DNA of 63,034 bases from an uncultured Bacilli bacterium (GTDB lineage: Bacteria; Bacillota_I; Bacilli_A; RF39; UBA660). Location: NCBI GenBank assembly GCA_944358145.1, contig CALVQO010000001.1, positions 1 through 63,034 of the forward strand. The letters are read 5' to 3'. Position 1 is the stretch's first letter, and each line of letters opens with the position of its first letter. Below the pieces are notes generated by a model. It saw nothing but the letters and a program-made list of their open reading frames with translations, searched no databases and had not been told where the DNA came from. This document shows, piece after piece, positions 9,978-19,223 of the stretch. Both the position numbers and the translations under genes were made by a program.

Positions 9978-11066
9978 GTGAATGATGCTATATTTTCACA
10001 AATTGATTTTGGACCGTTAAAAGAATTTATTGATATTGATGATATTACCGATATTTCTTATACTAATGGTGGTCAATTGTGGTTAAAAAGTTTGTCTAAG
10101 GGTGTGTATCGTGTTGAAAGGCCAGAGATAAATAATGCTTTAATTGAAAAATTAGCTTTTCAATGCTCTAACGTAATGGGTAAAACATTCAATATGGCAC
10201 ATCCTTTTTTAGATGCTGAGTCTACTGAGCTTCGTCTTAACTTTGTTCACGATTCAATTGCAACGAATGGTATAGCTTTAGTTATTCGTAAAACTCCTGC
10301 TAAAATTCGTTTGAATCGTGAAAAGTTACTTAACGAAGATTATGTTAGTGCAGATTTACTTGATTTTCTTCTTAATTGTGTTCAGGGACATGCTAATATT
10401 ATTGTTAGTGGTGAAACTGGTAGTGGTAAAACTGAGCTTGTTAAATATTTAGCTAGTACAACTAAAGAAAATGAAAAAATTATTACTATTGAAGATACTT
10501 TGGAGTTGCACTTAGATCGTATATTTCCACATCGGGATATTGTAGCAATGAAAACTAATAATATTGCTAGTTATTCTGAAGTGTTGGTTACTTGTATGAG
10601 GCAGAACCCAATATGGATATTATTATCTGAGGTTCGTAGTGCAGAAGCTGTAATGGCAGTTCGTAACTCTATTTCTTCTGGACACCATATTATTTCTACT
10701 ATCCACTCAGATAAAGCTGCATTGATTCCTATGCGTATGTATAGTTTAATTGAGTCTAATATTGATGTTGAACAATTTGTTACAACTATTCACAGATATG
10801 TACAAATAGGTATTTATGTTAAGGGTTATATGAGTGCAAAGTATGGAAGATTCCAAAGAGAAATTATGGAAATTTGTGAATTTTATGTAGATGAGAATAA
10901 TAAACCTCAAGTTAATACAATTTATCAGAAAACTTTAGATGGAAGATTTACTCTTAATAATCCAACTAAACATTTAAGAGATTATTTAGCAATTCAGGGT
11001 GTTATTTTGGAAGAAGATTTATTTCATTTGAATGGCAAAAAAATGGATACGATAGAATCTTTATAA
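9978..11066 (+). CDS. CpaF/TadA/VirB11-type secretion ATPase
   Basis: Walker A GETGSGKTE, ITIEDTLEL (Asp box), Walker B ILLSEVR, His box STIHS. GTG start 5 nt after AAGGGAGGTG. Confidence 0.85.
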   Translation: MNDAIFSQIDFGPLKEFIDIDDITDISYTNGGQLWLKSLSKGVYRVERPEINNALIEKLAFQCSNVMGKTFNMAHPFLDAESTELRLNFVHDSIATNGIALVIRKTPAKIRLNREKLLNEDYVSADLLDFLLNCVQGHANIIVSGETGSGKTELVKYLASTTKENEKIITIEDTLELHLDRIFPHRDIVAMKTNNIASYSEVLVTCMRQNPIWILLSEVRSAEAVMAVRNSISSGHHIISTIHSDKAALIPMRMYSLIESNIDVEQFVTTIHRYVQIGIYVKGYMSAKYGRFQREIMEICEFYVDENNKPQVNTIYQKTLDGRFTLNNPTKHLRDYLAIQGVILEEDLFHLNGKKMDTIESL

Positions 11067-11079
11067 AAGGAGGAAAATC

Positions 11080-11976
11080 ATGGAATTTGTAATAATATTT
11101 TTTATCGCGATGTTTGTTGTTATATATCGTAAGAATGATGGTTCTGAAACCTTTTATAAGTTTGTAAAATCTCAATTTGGGATAGTTTATGAAAAATATG
11201 CTCCTTATAGTTATAAAACGATAAGTGCTAAAATGAAAGAATTAAAGCAAGAATATACAGTAAAAGATTATGTTTTACAAATTGTAGTTATTGGTGGACT
11301 TGCAGCAGCGATTGCTTATTTGTACTTTTATAGTTTAATTGTTGTGATTATCTATGTAGCTATAGCTGTAGCTTTTATTCCTTATTTAGCTTTCTTAAGA
11401 AGTAAAAGATTATATAGTGAGTATATTTTTGAACAAATTCAAGTATATACTACTAATGTTATTATGGAATTTAATACTACTCAAAGTTTTGTTAAATCAT
11501 TAGAGGGTGTTAGAGATTCAGGAATTCTTGAGGATCCAGTACTAGAAGATGTTAAGACAATGATTAATATGTCTTATCAAAATGGTACTATTGATGAATC
11601 TATTGAGTATTTTAATCAAAAATATCCTTATTATATGGTCAAGAATATGCATCAATTATTTTTACAAATTACTAAAGAAGGTGCTAAAGATTCAGGTGAA
11701 TCTTTGGAGAATATGAGTATGGATATTGATGCTTTAGTTGAAGGTGTTTATCGTGATCAAATGGATCGTAAACAGTTTCATACTAAGTTTATTACTTTCG
11801 CATTAGTTTTATTCTTCTTAGTATTAGTTATGCAAGTATTACTGGGAAAAGATAGTTATTTGCAACTTCTTGATTTGTGGTATGTTCATATTGTTCTACA
11901 TGCGATTATTATTATTAATTGTTATTTCCTTCTTAGTGGAGAGAAATATTATAATGAAAATGTGGGGGTAGAATAG
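11080..11976 (+). CDS. TadB-like (T2SS-F family) inner-membrane platform protein
   Basis: Topology is N-terminal TMs, an about 130-aa cytoplasmic helical domain, and C-terminal TMs. It lies directly after the ATPase. RBS AAAGGAGG. Confidence 0.55.
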   Translation: MEFVIIFFIAMFVVIYRKNDGSETFYKFVKSQFGIVYEKYAPYSYKTISAKMKELKQEYTVKDYVLQIVVIGGLAAAIAYLYFYSLIVVIIYVAIAVAFIPYLAFLRSKRLYSEYIFEQIQVYTTNVIMEFNTTQSFVKSLEGVRDSGILEDPVLEDVKTMINMSYQNGTIDESIEYFNQKYPYYMVKNMHQLFLQITKEGAKDSGESLENMSMDIDALVEGVYRDQMDRKQFHTKFITFALVLFFLVLVMQVLLGKDSYLQLLDLWYVHIVLHAIIIINCYFLLSGEKYYNENVGVE

Positions 11977-11977
11977 T

Positions 11978-12766
11978 ATGCAGATAGAAATTGCTATTTT
12001 GGCAGTAATTATTTTCTTTGTACTATCTTATAGTGGTAAGATTAGTATTAATAAGTTAGTTGCAGATAATGAAATGTATTTAAGAAGATTAAAAGAAAGT
12101 GATTATGACTTTTATGTTAAAGCTAAATATGGGGATTCTGTTAATCCGGATTTGCTATTTAATAAAAGAATTAGAAATGCTTTAATTATTACTGTTTTAG
12201 TATTTTGTTTACTTATTTCTAATATGTCTTATGTGTATGCTTTAGTTTGTATTGTAGTTGGATTTGCTTTCTTTAAATTAGATTATATTAATTTAAAAAA
12301 TTATTATAAGAAACATTTGCATGAAATTGATACGATGTTACCTTATTATTTAAAGGGACTTGAAATATTAATTCAACATTATACTGTTCCAGTTGCAATA
12401 GGTAAATCTTTAGATGATGCACCAGATATATTTAAGGATGGGTTGAAAGAATTAATTAATGCAATAAATGCTGGTGATGATACTATTGAGCCTTATATGG
12501 CATTTGCAAGACAGTATCCAGTTAGAGATTCTATGAGAATGATGCGTCTTTTATATCGGTTAAGTTTAGGTAGACAAGAGCGTAAGCAAGAACAATTACT
12601 AGCATTTTCAAGAACGATTTCTAGTTTGCAACAAAAAGCAAGAGAAACAAAATATAAGAATCGTTTGGATAAAATGGAAAGTAAAACAATGAGTATGCTT
12701 GTAACTACTGGCCTTGGAGTAGTAATATTGCTAATATTTGCTGTATTATTACTGATGAATGTTTAG
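11978..12766 (+). CDS. TadC-like (T2SS-F family) inner-membrane platform protein
   Basis: Same topology class as the preceding gene. Its start is 1 nt after the previous stop. Confidence 0.55.
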   Translation: MQIEIAILAVIIFFVLSYSGKISINKLVADNEMYLRRLKESDYDFYVKAKYGDSVNPDLLFNKRIRNALIITVLVFCLLISNMSYVYALVCIVVGFAFFKLDYINLKNYYKKHLHEIDTMLPYYLKGLEILIQHYTVPVAIGKSLDDAPDIFKDGLKELINAINAGDDTIEPYMAFARQYPVRDSMRMMRLLYRLSLGRQERKQEQLLAFSRTISSLQQKARETKYKNRLDKMESKTMSMLVTTGLGVVILLIFAVLLLMNV

Positions 12767-12787
12767 ACAAAATTTGACAGTAAAAAC

Positions 12788-12816
12788 TTGACAATGGACT
12801 TAAGTTAGGATACAAT
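12788..12816 (+). promoter_or_regulatory. consensus sigma-A promoter for the two-TM protein gene
   Basis: TTGACA (12788-12793), a 17-nt spacer, TACAAT (12811-12816). A second TTGACA sits at 12774. Confidence 0.7.
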
Positions 12817-12847
12817 TAGTATAGATGAAGAAAGCGAGGAATTTTAT

Positions 12848-13252
12848 ATGTTAATTATGGCTAGACCTGCTATTTGTTCAGATTTATGGGAAATTTGGCA
12901 AATTATTGGATGGGTACTATGGATTTTTAAAATTGTTATACCAATTATTATTATTCTTTTTGGTATGATCGATTTAGGAAAAGCAGTAGTTGCAAGTAAA
13001 GATGATGAAATTAAGAAATCAGTTAAATCACTTGTTATGAGAGCGATCGCTGGTGTAATTATCTTCTTTATTCCAACAATTATTGGTTTAATCTTTGGTA
13101 TCGTTGGTGATTTCTCAGAAGTAGAAGCAGAGTATAATATATGTCGTAGTTGTATAACTAATCCAGGTGGTTGTGAGGCTGCTGCACAAAGTGGTTGTGC
13201 TGAGTTAGGTGGTACTTGGATGGATGGTACTTGTAGTATACCTGAAGAATAA
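12848..13252 (+). CDS. two-TM VirB2/Maff2-like small membrane protein with Cys-rich C-terminal tail
   Basis: Two hydrophobic helices separated by the charged loop DLGKAVVASKDDEIKK. The loop and second helix align without gaps to the ICE protein at 53949-54143. The tail has 6 Cys. It has its own promoter. Confidence 0.6.
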   Translation: MLIMARPAICSDLWEIWQIIGWVLWIFKIVIPIIIILFGMIDLGKAVVASKDDEIKKSVKSLVMRAIAGVIIFFIPTIIGLIFGIVGDFSEVEAEYNICRSCITNPGGCEAAAQSGCAELGGTWMDGTCSIPEE

Positions 13253-13263
13253 AAGATTTTAGG

Positions 13264-13289
13264 GAATGATTAAGTTCATTCTTTTTTTT
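13264..13289 (+). terminator. intrinsic terminator, identical copy of the lysS terminator
   Basis: GAATGATTAAGTTCATTCTTTTTTTT is 26/26 identical to 2534-2559. Confidence 0.8.
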
Positions 13290-13341
13290 GGAGTAAAGAA
13301 AATAATGGGATTAATGTTTATTTCATTATCTGATTTTGTGT

Positions 13342-13368
13342 AAAAAAAAAATCCTTATTTAAGGATTT
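13342..13368 (-). terminator. intrinsic terminator of tRNA-Asn
   Basis: On the minus strand, AAATCCTT-AAAT-AAGGATTT followed by a T-run. Confidence 0.75.
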
Positions 13369-13379
13369 TAATTACTTAA

Positions 13380-13455
13380 TGGCGCCCAATGTAGGACTCG
13401 AACCTACGACCTAACGGTTAACAGCCGTGCGCTCTACCGACTGAGCTAATTGGGC
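13380..13455 (-). tRNA. tRNA-Asn: tRNA-Asn (anticodon GTT), CCA encoded
   Basis: The reverse complement reads GCCCAATTAGCTCAGTCGGTAGAGCGCACGGCTGTTAACCGTTAGGTCGTAGGTTCGAGTCCTACATTGGGCGCCA. It folds as a cloverleaf with the CT-GTT-AA anticodon loop and a GGTTCGAGTCC T-arm. Confidence 0.95.
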
Positions 13456-13466
13456 ATTGCTCTTAA

Positions 13467-13495
13467 ATTATATTAAATATTATGTTACTTGTCAA
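13467..13495 (-). promoter_or_regulatory. consensus sigma-A promoter for tRNA-Asn
   Basis: Minus strand TTGACA, 17 nt, TATAAT, ending about 11 nt upstream of the tRNA 5-prime end. Confidence 0.8.
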
Positions 13496-13586
13496 CAGTT
13501 TTATGCATTTTTTTAAAAATAATCTAAATTCTACCATTGTCAATCGTGATAATAAATGTTAAGATATTTTAGGAGAAGTGATTAGA

Positions 13587-15902
13587 ATGGAACAAGTAAT
13601 TATTATAACTACAGAAGAAAATAAAAAAAGCATATTAAGAAAAAATAGTAGTCAACATATTTTTTATCATTTGAAGTTCTATACTTTTCAAGATCTTAAG
13701 AAAAAGTTGTTTTTTGATTATGATTTAAATACAATTTTATTTATTGTTGAGCATTATCATGTGAATATTTCTATTGCTAAAATATATTTAGAAAATTTAT
13801 ATTTTTTAAAGGATTTAGATGATGAAAAAGTTCGTTTCTTGCTTGAGTTAAAGCAATTATTAGATGCTCATGATTTACTTATTTATCATCCTAATTTTAA
13901 AAAGATGTTAGATGGTAAGAAGATTATTGTTTATGGATATCCTGTTCTTAGTAAAGAACAACAGCTTATTTTGGACCAACTTGATTCTAAAATTGAGTTT
14001 CAAGAAGATTTAGAATTATGTTATTTGCCTCAAGTTTATGAAGCTAAAAATATGGATGAAGAGGTAGAATTTGTTGTAAGAAAAATAGAAGAATTATTAG
14101 AACAGGGAATATCAATTAATCATATTAAAATTGTTTGTTCATCTGATTATGATCATATTCTTATTCGTTATTTGTCTATGTATCATTTGCCTTTTCATCA
14201 TCGTAGTACTCATGCTTTTTATAGTACTATGGTTGCTCAAGAGTTTTTAGAGGGTTATGATCATTATTCTATTGAAGAAAATATTTTATTGTTAAGTGAA
14301 AAATATCAAAATGTAAATGAGTTAGTTCGAATTATTAATCGTTCAGTGATGATTCAAGATAAAGATAGACGAAAATATTTTATTATTGAAGATTTAAAAC
14401 AGGTAAAAGTAAAAGAGGCTAGGTATGATCAAGCTTTGGAAATTACAGATTTTCATCATTCTTTTTTAGATGATGATTATGTTTTTTTGCTTGGTTTTCA
14501 TGTGAATTTCTATCCTAAAATTAAAAGAGATACTGAATATTTAAGTGATTTAGTAAAAGAAAAGTTAGGTCTTGATACTACTATAGATTATAATCATTGT
14601 GAAAAATTAACGATGATAAAGAAGATTCATTCCATTAAAAATTTAGTAATTACTTATAAGTTAAATGGGCCTAATGGGGCATGTTATCCATCTATGTTAT
14701 TGGATGAACTTTCTTTAGAAGTAAAACCTGTTGTTTTAGATTCAACTTTATCTTATTCTAAATTACATAGTGAAATTAAATATGCTGAGGCATTAGATCA
14801 ACTATCTAAATTTAATTATATTAGTGAAGATTTAGCTATGTATCAAAATAATTTAGATATTCCTTATTTAGAATATGATAATCAGTTTACGGGAATTAAG
14901 GAAAGTCAATTTAAAGAAAAAATTCATCATGAACTTACTTTATCTTATACGAATATGGAAATGTATCAAGAGTGTGCTTTTCGTTATTATATTAGTAAGG
15001 TTCTTCATTTGGATATATTTTTGGAAACATTTAAAACTATTCTTGGTAGTATTATGCATCATGTATTAGAACAAGGTATTGTTAAAGATATTGATATTCC
15101 TGTAGAAATGATGAAGTTTGTTAAAGAAAAAGAGTATCAATTGAATGCTAAAGAACTTTTTTATTTAGAAGAGTTTAGTGAGGAACTTAAAAAGGTATTA
15201 GCTATTATTCGCCGTCAACAAAGTCATTCTCAGTTGAAGAAATATTTGTTTGAAAATGAGTTTTATGTTTATAAAGATCAAGAGGATATGAAGATTACTT
15301 TTAAGGGAAATATTGATAAAGTGATGTATGATGAAATTGATGGAAAAGAAGTATTAGCTGTAGTGGATTATAAAACAGGTAATACAAATATTACCTTAAA
15401 AAATTTAGATTATGGACTTAATATTCAACTTCCGATTTATCTTTATTTATTAAAAAAATCAGATCGTTTTCATGATGCTTTGATCGCAGGATTTTATATT
15501 CAGAAAGTACTGGCTAAAAAAGAAAATATTCAATTTAAAAAGTCTCTTCAAGAATTGTTAGAGAATAGACTTCGGTTACAGGGATTTACTAATAGTGATG
15601 AAAAATTAATGAAACTAATTGATGATGATTATCAAAATGGAGAAATATTAGCTAATGTACAGTTTAAGAAAGATGGAGGGCTTAGTAGTAAATCTAAAGT
15701 GTTGTCTAATGAAGAGATGGATGAGCTTATTATTAAAGTAGATAATCTTATTGATGAGGTTATTCATAAGATTTTAAATGCCACATTTTTGATTAATCCT
15801 AAAGTAATTGATGGTAAAAACGTAGCTTGTACTTATTGTAAGTTTAGAGATTTGTGTTATCGATGTAAAAAGAATGAAGTTGTTTTAGGAGGTGAAGTAT
15901 GA
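13587..15902 (+). CDS. addB: helicase-nuclease AddAB/RexAB subunit B (short form, about 771 aa)
   Basis: C-terminal PD-(D/E)xK nuclease with VDYKTG, plus Fe-S cysteines (QECAFRYY ... ACTYCKFRDLC). It overlaps addA by 4 nt. ATG 13587 is 10 nt after AGGAGA. No Walker A is visible. Confidence 0.8.
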   Translation: MEQVIIITTEENKKSILRKNSSQHIFYHLKFYTFQDLKKKLFFDYDLNTILFIVEHYHVNISIAKIYLENLYFLKDLDDEKVRFLLELKQLLDAHDLLIYHPNFKKMLDGKKIIVYGYPVLSKEQQLILDQLDSKIEFQEDLELCYLPQVYEAKNMDEEVEFVVRKIEELLEQGISINHIKIVCSSDYDHILIRYLSMYHLPFHHRSTHAFYSTMVAQEFLEGYDHYSIEENILLLSEKYQNVNELVRIINRSVMIQDKDRRKYFIIEDLKQVKVKEARYDQALEITDFHHSFLDDDYVFLLGFHVNFYPKIKRDTEYLSDLVKEKLGLDTTIDYNHCEKLTMIKKIHSIKNLVITYKLNGPNGACYPSMLLDELSLEVKPVVLDSTLSYSKLHSEIKYAEALDQLSKFNYISEDLAMYQNNLDIPYLEYDNQFTGIKESQFKEKIHHELTLSYTNMEMYQECAFRYYISKVLHLDIFLETFKTILGSIMHHVLEQGIVKDIDIPVEMMKFVKEKEYQLNAKELFYLEEFSEELKKVLAIIRRQQSHSQLKKYLFENEFYVYKDQEDMKITFKGNIDKVMYDEIDGKEVLAVVDYKTGNTNITLKNLDYGLNIQLPIYLYLLKKSDRFHDALIAGFYIQKVLAKKENIQFKKSLQELLENRLRLQGFTNSDEKLMKLIDDDYQNGEILANVQFKKDGGLSSKSKVLSNEEMDELIIKVDNLIDEVIHKILNATFLINPKVIDGKNVACTYCKFRDLCYRCKKNEVVLGGEV

Positions 15903-18900
15903 ATTGGACAGTAGAGCAGAAGCAAGCTATTGAACGTGAAGGTACTAATTTAATTATTTCAGCTGGAGCTGGATCAGGAAAGACGGCTGTTCTTTCTGAG
16001 AGGGTTTTGCGTAAATTAAAAGAAGGAATTGATATTAGAAATATTCTTATTTTAACTTTTACTAATGAGGCAGCTGGAGAAATGAAAGAACGTATTCGTA
16101 AAAAAATAAAAAAAGAAGGATTAACAACACAACTTTCTTTTATTGATACTGCTTATATTACTACTTTTGATGCTTATGCTTTTAGTATTGTGAAAAAATA
16201 TCATTATTTATTTAATTTAGATTCTCATTTATCTATTATTGAAAGTTCTGTTATTCAGTTAGAGAAAAAAAGAATTTTAGATGAATTGATTATGGATTTG
16301 TATGAACAAAAAGATGAAAACTATTTAAAGTTAGTTAGAGATTTTACAACAAGAGATGATGAAACAATTAAAGAAGCTATATTATCTATTAGTAATAGTC
16401 TTGATTTACATTATGATAAAACGGAATATTTAACGAGTTATCTTGAGAAGTATTATCATGATGATTATATTAATCAAATATTTCAAGAGTATTTTGATTA
16501 TCTTAAAAATCTTACGGTTTTAATTGAAGAAGATTATTATGCTTTAGAAAGTTTTTTGCCAGATAAAGTTTGTGAGAAATGTTATCAGGCTTTATCTTCT
16601 TTATTTAAACCTAGAAATTATGATGATTTGTATGGTAAAAATATTCAATTGCCACAATTTAGAGGTTTAGAAGAAGAGGCTAGTCCAATTAAGGAAGATT
16701 TGAAAAAGTTAGTTAAAGAGCTTAATGAATTAACAATTTATAGTGAAGAGGAATTAAAAAATCAAGTTAAAAGTACTAAAGAATATGTACAAGCGATTAT
16801 TCAGATTATTTTAAAGTTGGATGAAAGAATTAATGAGTATAAAAGGGAAAAGGGAGCTTTTGAGTTTGTTGATATTGCTAAAATGGCAATTAAACTCGTA
16901 AAAGAACATCCAAATATCCGAGAAGAGATTAAGAATTTTTATCAAGAGATTATGATCGATGAATATCAGGATACTAATGATTTACAGGAAATGTTTATTC
17001 AGGAAATTCAAAATGGAAATGTTTATATGGTTGGGGATATAAAACAGTCTATTTATCGTTTTCGAAATGCTAATCCAAATATTTTTAGAGAAAAGTATGA
17101 TCATTATAAAGAACATATTGGTGGAGAAAAAATTGATTTATTAGAAAATTTTCGTTCAAGAAAAGAAGTTTTAGCTAATATTAATGAGATTTTTAATTTA
17201 ATTATGATTCCAGATTTAGGAGGAGTAGATTATAGTGATCATCATGCTATGATTTATGGAAATAAGGCTTATGATGAAAAGGGAAGTAGTAATCAAAATC
17301 ATCATTTGGAAATATTAAAGTATCAAAATACGGATAAAGAATTTAGTAATGCAGAGATAGAAGCTTTTGCTATTGCTAAAGATATCAAAGAAAAAATGGA
17401 AAATCATTATTTGGTTTATGATTTTGATTTAGGTAAGAATAGGGATGTTACTTATCGTGATTTTTGTATTATTTTAGATCGGGGAACGGAAATGGCTCGC
17501 TATAAAAAGATATTTGAAACTTTTAATATTCCTATGGAAATTTATAAAGATAGTAATTTAACTGATGGGGATGATATACTTGTTATTAGAAATATTATTC
17601 GTCTGATTTTGGCAATTAAGTTAGAAGAATTTGATTCTAATATGCGTTATTATTTTGTTAGTATTGCTCGTAGTTATTTGGGTAATATGAGTGATGAAGA
17701 GATTTTTAATCATTTAGAAAATAATACTTTTTATCAAACTGATATTTATTTAAAAGCACAAGGTATTGCTAAAAAAATTGATTCTATGACGCCTAATTTG
17801 TTGTTGCAGCAAATTATACAGGATTTTCAATATTATCAGAAGTTAATTTTAGTTGGTAATGTTAAAGATGCTATAATTCGTGTTGATTATCTTTTAAGTC
17901 TTGCTAATTCGATGGAAAGTCTTGGCTTTACTATTAAAGATTTTTTAGATTATTTAAATAATATGGTAGATCAGGGAACAGAGATTCGTTATAAAGAAGC
18001 AAAAACTTCAAGTAATGCAGTTAGAATTATGAATATTCATAAATCAAAAGGGCTTGAATTTCCTATTTGTTATTTTGCAGGATTTTCTCAAAGTTTTAAT
18101 TTAAGAGATTTGCAAAGTAGGTTTATGGTAGATCCAACTTATGGAATATTAACGCCTTTTTATCAAGATGGAATTGGAACACTGTTTACGAAAGTGTTAA
18201 TTAAAAATAAATATTTGGAAGATGAAATAGCAGAAAAAATTAGACTTTTTTATGTAGCTTTAACTAGAGCAAAAGAAAAAATGATTATGGTTATTCCAGA
18301 GTTTAAAGAAGAACATTTAGTTAAAACAAAAATTGATTATTTAACAGGGATGAAGTATCGATCTTTTTATGATTTTATTGCTTCTATTTCTTTAAATCTA
18401 AATCAATATATTAAAAATATTGATTTAGCTAGTTTACCTTTATCTAAAGATTATGAGTTTGGTGTTAAAAGAGAACTAGAAAAAATGCATAGTAATCAAG
18501 TTATGGAATTTAGAAATTTGGATATTGATGCTAAGATAATAGAACAAGAACATGCTTCTAAAACAATTGAGGGTATTCTTACTATTAAAGATGCTAAGAC
18601 TTTGGAATATGGAACAAAAATTCATGAAATGTTAGAAGAAACTGATTTTAAGCAAGTGCATGATCCTAATATATATGTAAGGCATTTGTGTGATACTTTT
18701 GATTTTGAACAGGCAATTATTTATCAAGAATTAGAATTTATGTTTACTAAAGAAAGTCAAGAATATCATGGAATTATTGATTTAATGCTTGAGTATGAAG
18801 ATGAGATTAAAATTATTGATTATAAATTAAAGCATATTGATGATGAGGCTTATATTAGACAGTTAAATGTTTATTATGATTATATTAGAAGTGTTAGTGA

Positions 18901-18973
18901 TAAAAAAGTATCTTTGTATTTGTATTCTATTATGGATAATCAGTTAAAAGAAGTAGAGGTATTAAATGTATGA
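15899..18973 (+). CDS. addA: ATP-dependent helicase/nuclease subunit A (UvrD/Rep superfamily 1)
   Basis: Walker A AGAGSGKT, DEYQDT, VGDIKQSIYRFR, and C-terminal RecB-type nuclease motif GIIDLM ... IIDYK. Confidence 0.9.
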   Translation: MNWTVEQKQAIEREGTNLIISAGAGSGKTAVLSERVLRKLKEGIDIRNILILTFTNEAAGEMKERIRKKIKKEGLTTQLSFIDTAYITTFDAYAFSIVKKYHYLFNLDSHLSIIESSVIQLEKKRILDELIMDLYEQKDENYLKLVRDFTTRDDETIKEAILSISNSLDLHYDKTEYLTSYLEKYYHDDYINQIFQEYFDYLKNLTVLIEEDYYALESFLPDKVCEKCYQALSSLFKPRNYDDLYGKNIQLPQFRGLEEEASPIKEDLKKLVKELNELTIYSEEELKNQVKSTKEYVQAIIQIILKLDERINEYKREKGAFEFVDIAKMAIKLVKEHPNIREEIKNFYQEIMIDEYQDTNDLQEMFIQEIQNGNVYMVGDIKQSIYRFRNANPNIFREKYDHYKEHIGGEKIDLLENFRSRKEVLANINEIFNLIMIPDLGGVDYSDHHAMIYGNKAYDEKGSSNQNHHLEILKYQNTDKEFSNAEIEAFAIAKDIKEKMENHYLVYDFDLGKNRDVTYRDFCIILDRGTEMARYKKIFETFNIPMEIYKDSNLTDGDDILVIRNIIRLILAIKLEEFDSNMRYYFVSIARSYLGNMSDEEIFNHLENNTFYQTDIYLKAQGIAKKIDSMTPNLLLQQIIQDFQYYQKLILVGNVKDAIIRVDYLLSLANSMESLGFTIKDFLDYLNNMVDQGTEIRYKEAKTSSNAVRIMNIHKSKGLEFPICYFAGFSQSFNLRDLQSRFMVDPTYGILTPFYQDGIGTLFTKVLIKNKYLEDEIAEKIRLFYVALTRAKEKMIMVIPEFKEEHLVKTKIDYLTGMKYRSFYDFIASISLNLNQYIKNIDLASLPLSKDYEFGVKRELEKMHSNQVMEFRNLDIDAKIIEQEHASKTIEGILTIKDAKTLEYGTKIHEMLEETDFKQVHDPNIYVRHLCDTFDFEQAIIYQELEFMFTKESQEYHGIIDLMLEYEDEIKIIDYKLKHIDDEAYIRQLNVYYDYIRSVSDKKVSLYLYSIMDNQLKEVEVLNV

Positions 18974-19194
18974 GAATAGGGATTCTGTAATGGAATCTTT
19001 CTTTTGTTGAACGGGTATTAGTTTCGCTAGTCCTTTTTGGGTATCTTTTATTCATTATGTTTTTTTATGAATGAAGAAGACTTATCATTAGTAGAATATT
19101 AAGCAAATATGTGAGATGCCTTTTATTTAAATAAAAAATGCAAGAAATTTAAAGTTTGTAAACAAATATGTCGAACTTTGTCGAACGGTTTTTC

Positions 19195-19223
19195 TTGCTT
19201 TTTTAATGGTTAAGTATCATAAT
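19195..19223 (+). promoter_or_regulatory. putative promoter of the candidate type I toxin mRNA
   Basis: TTGCTT (19195-19200), 17 nt, CATAAT (19218-19223). Confidence 0.45.

Noticed and set aside
14875-15069. Alternate-frame ORF 14875-15069(+) inside addB. Similar cases are 20011-20199(+) in lemA, 29985-30179(+) overlapping the ffh start, 33616-33840(-) in nusG, 34590-34928(-) in the S66 peptidase and 36168-36365(-) in ORF6N copy 2.
   Set aside because: Each overlaps a well-supported gene in another frame or strand with no independent signals.
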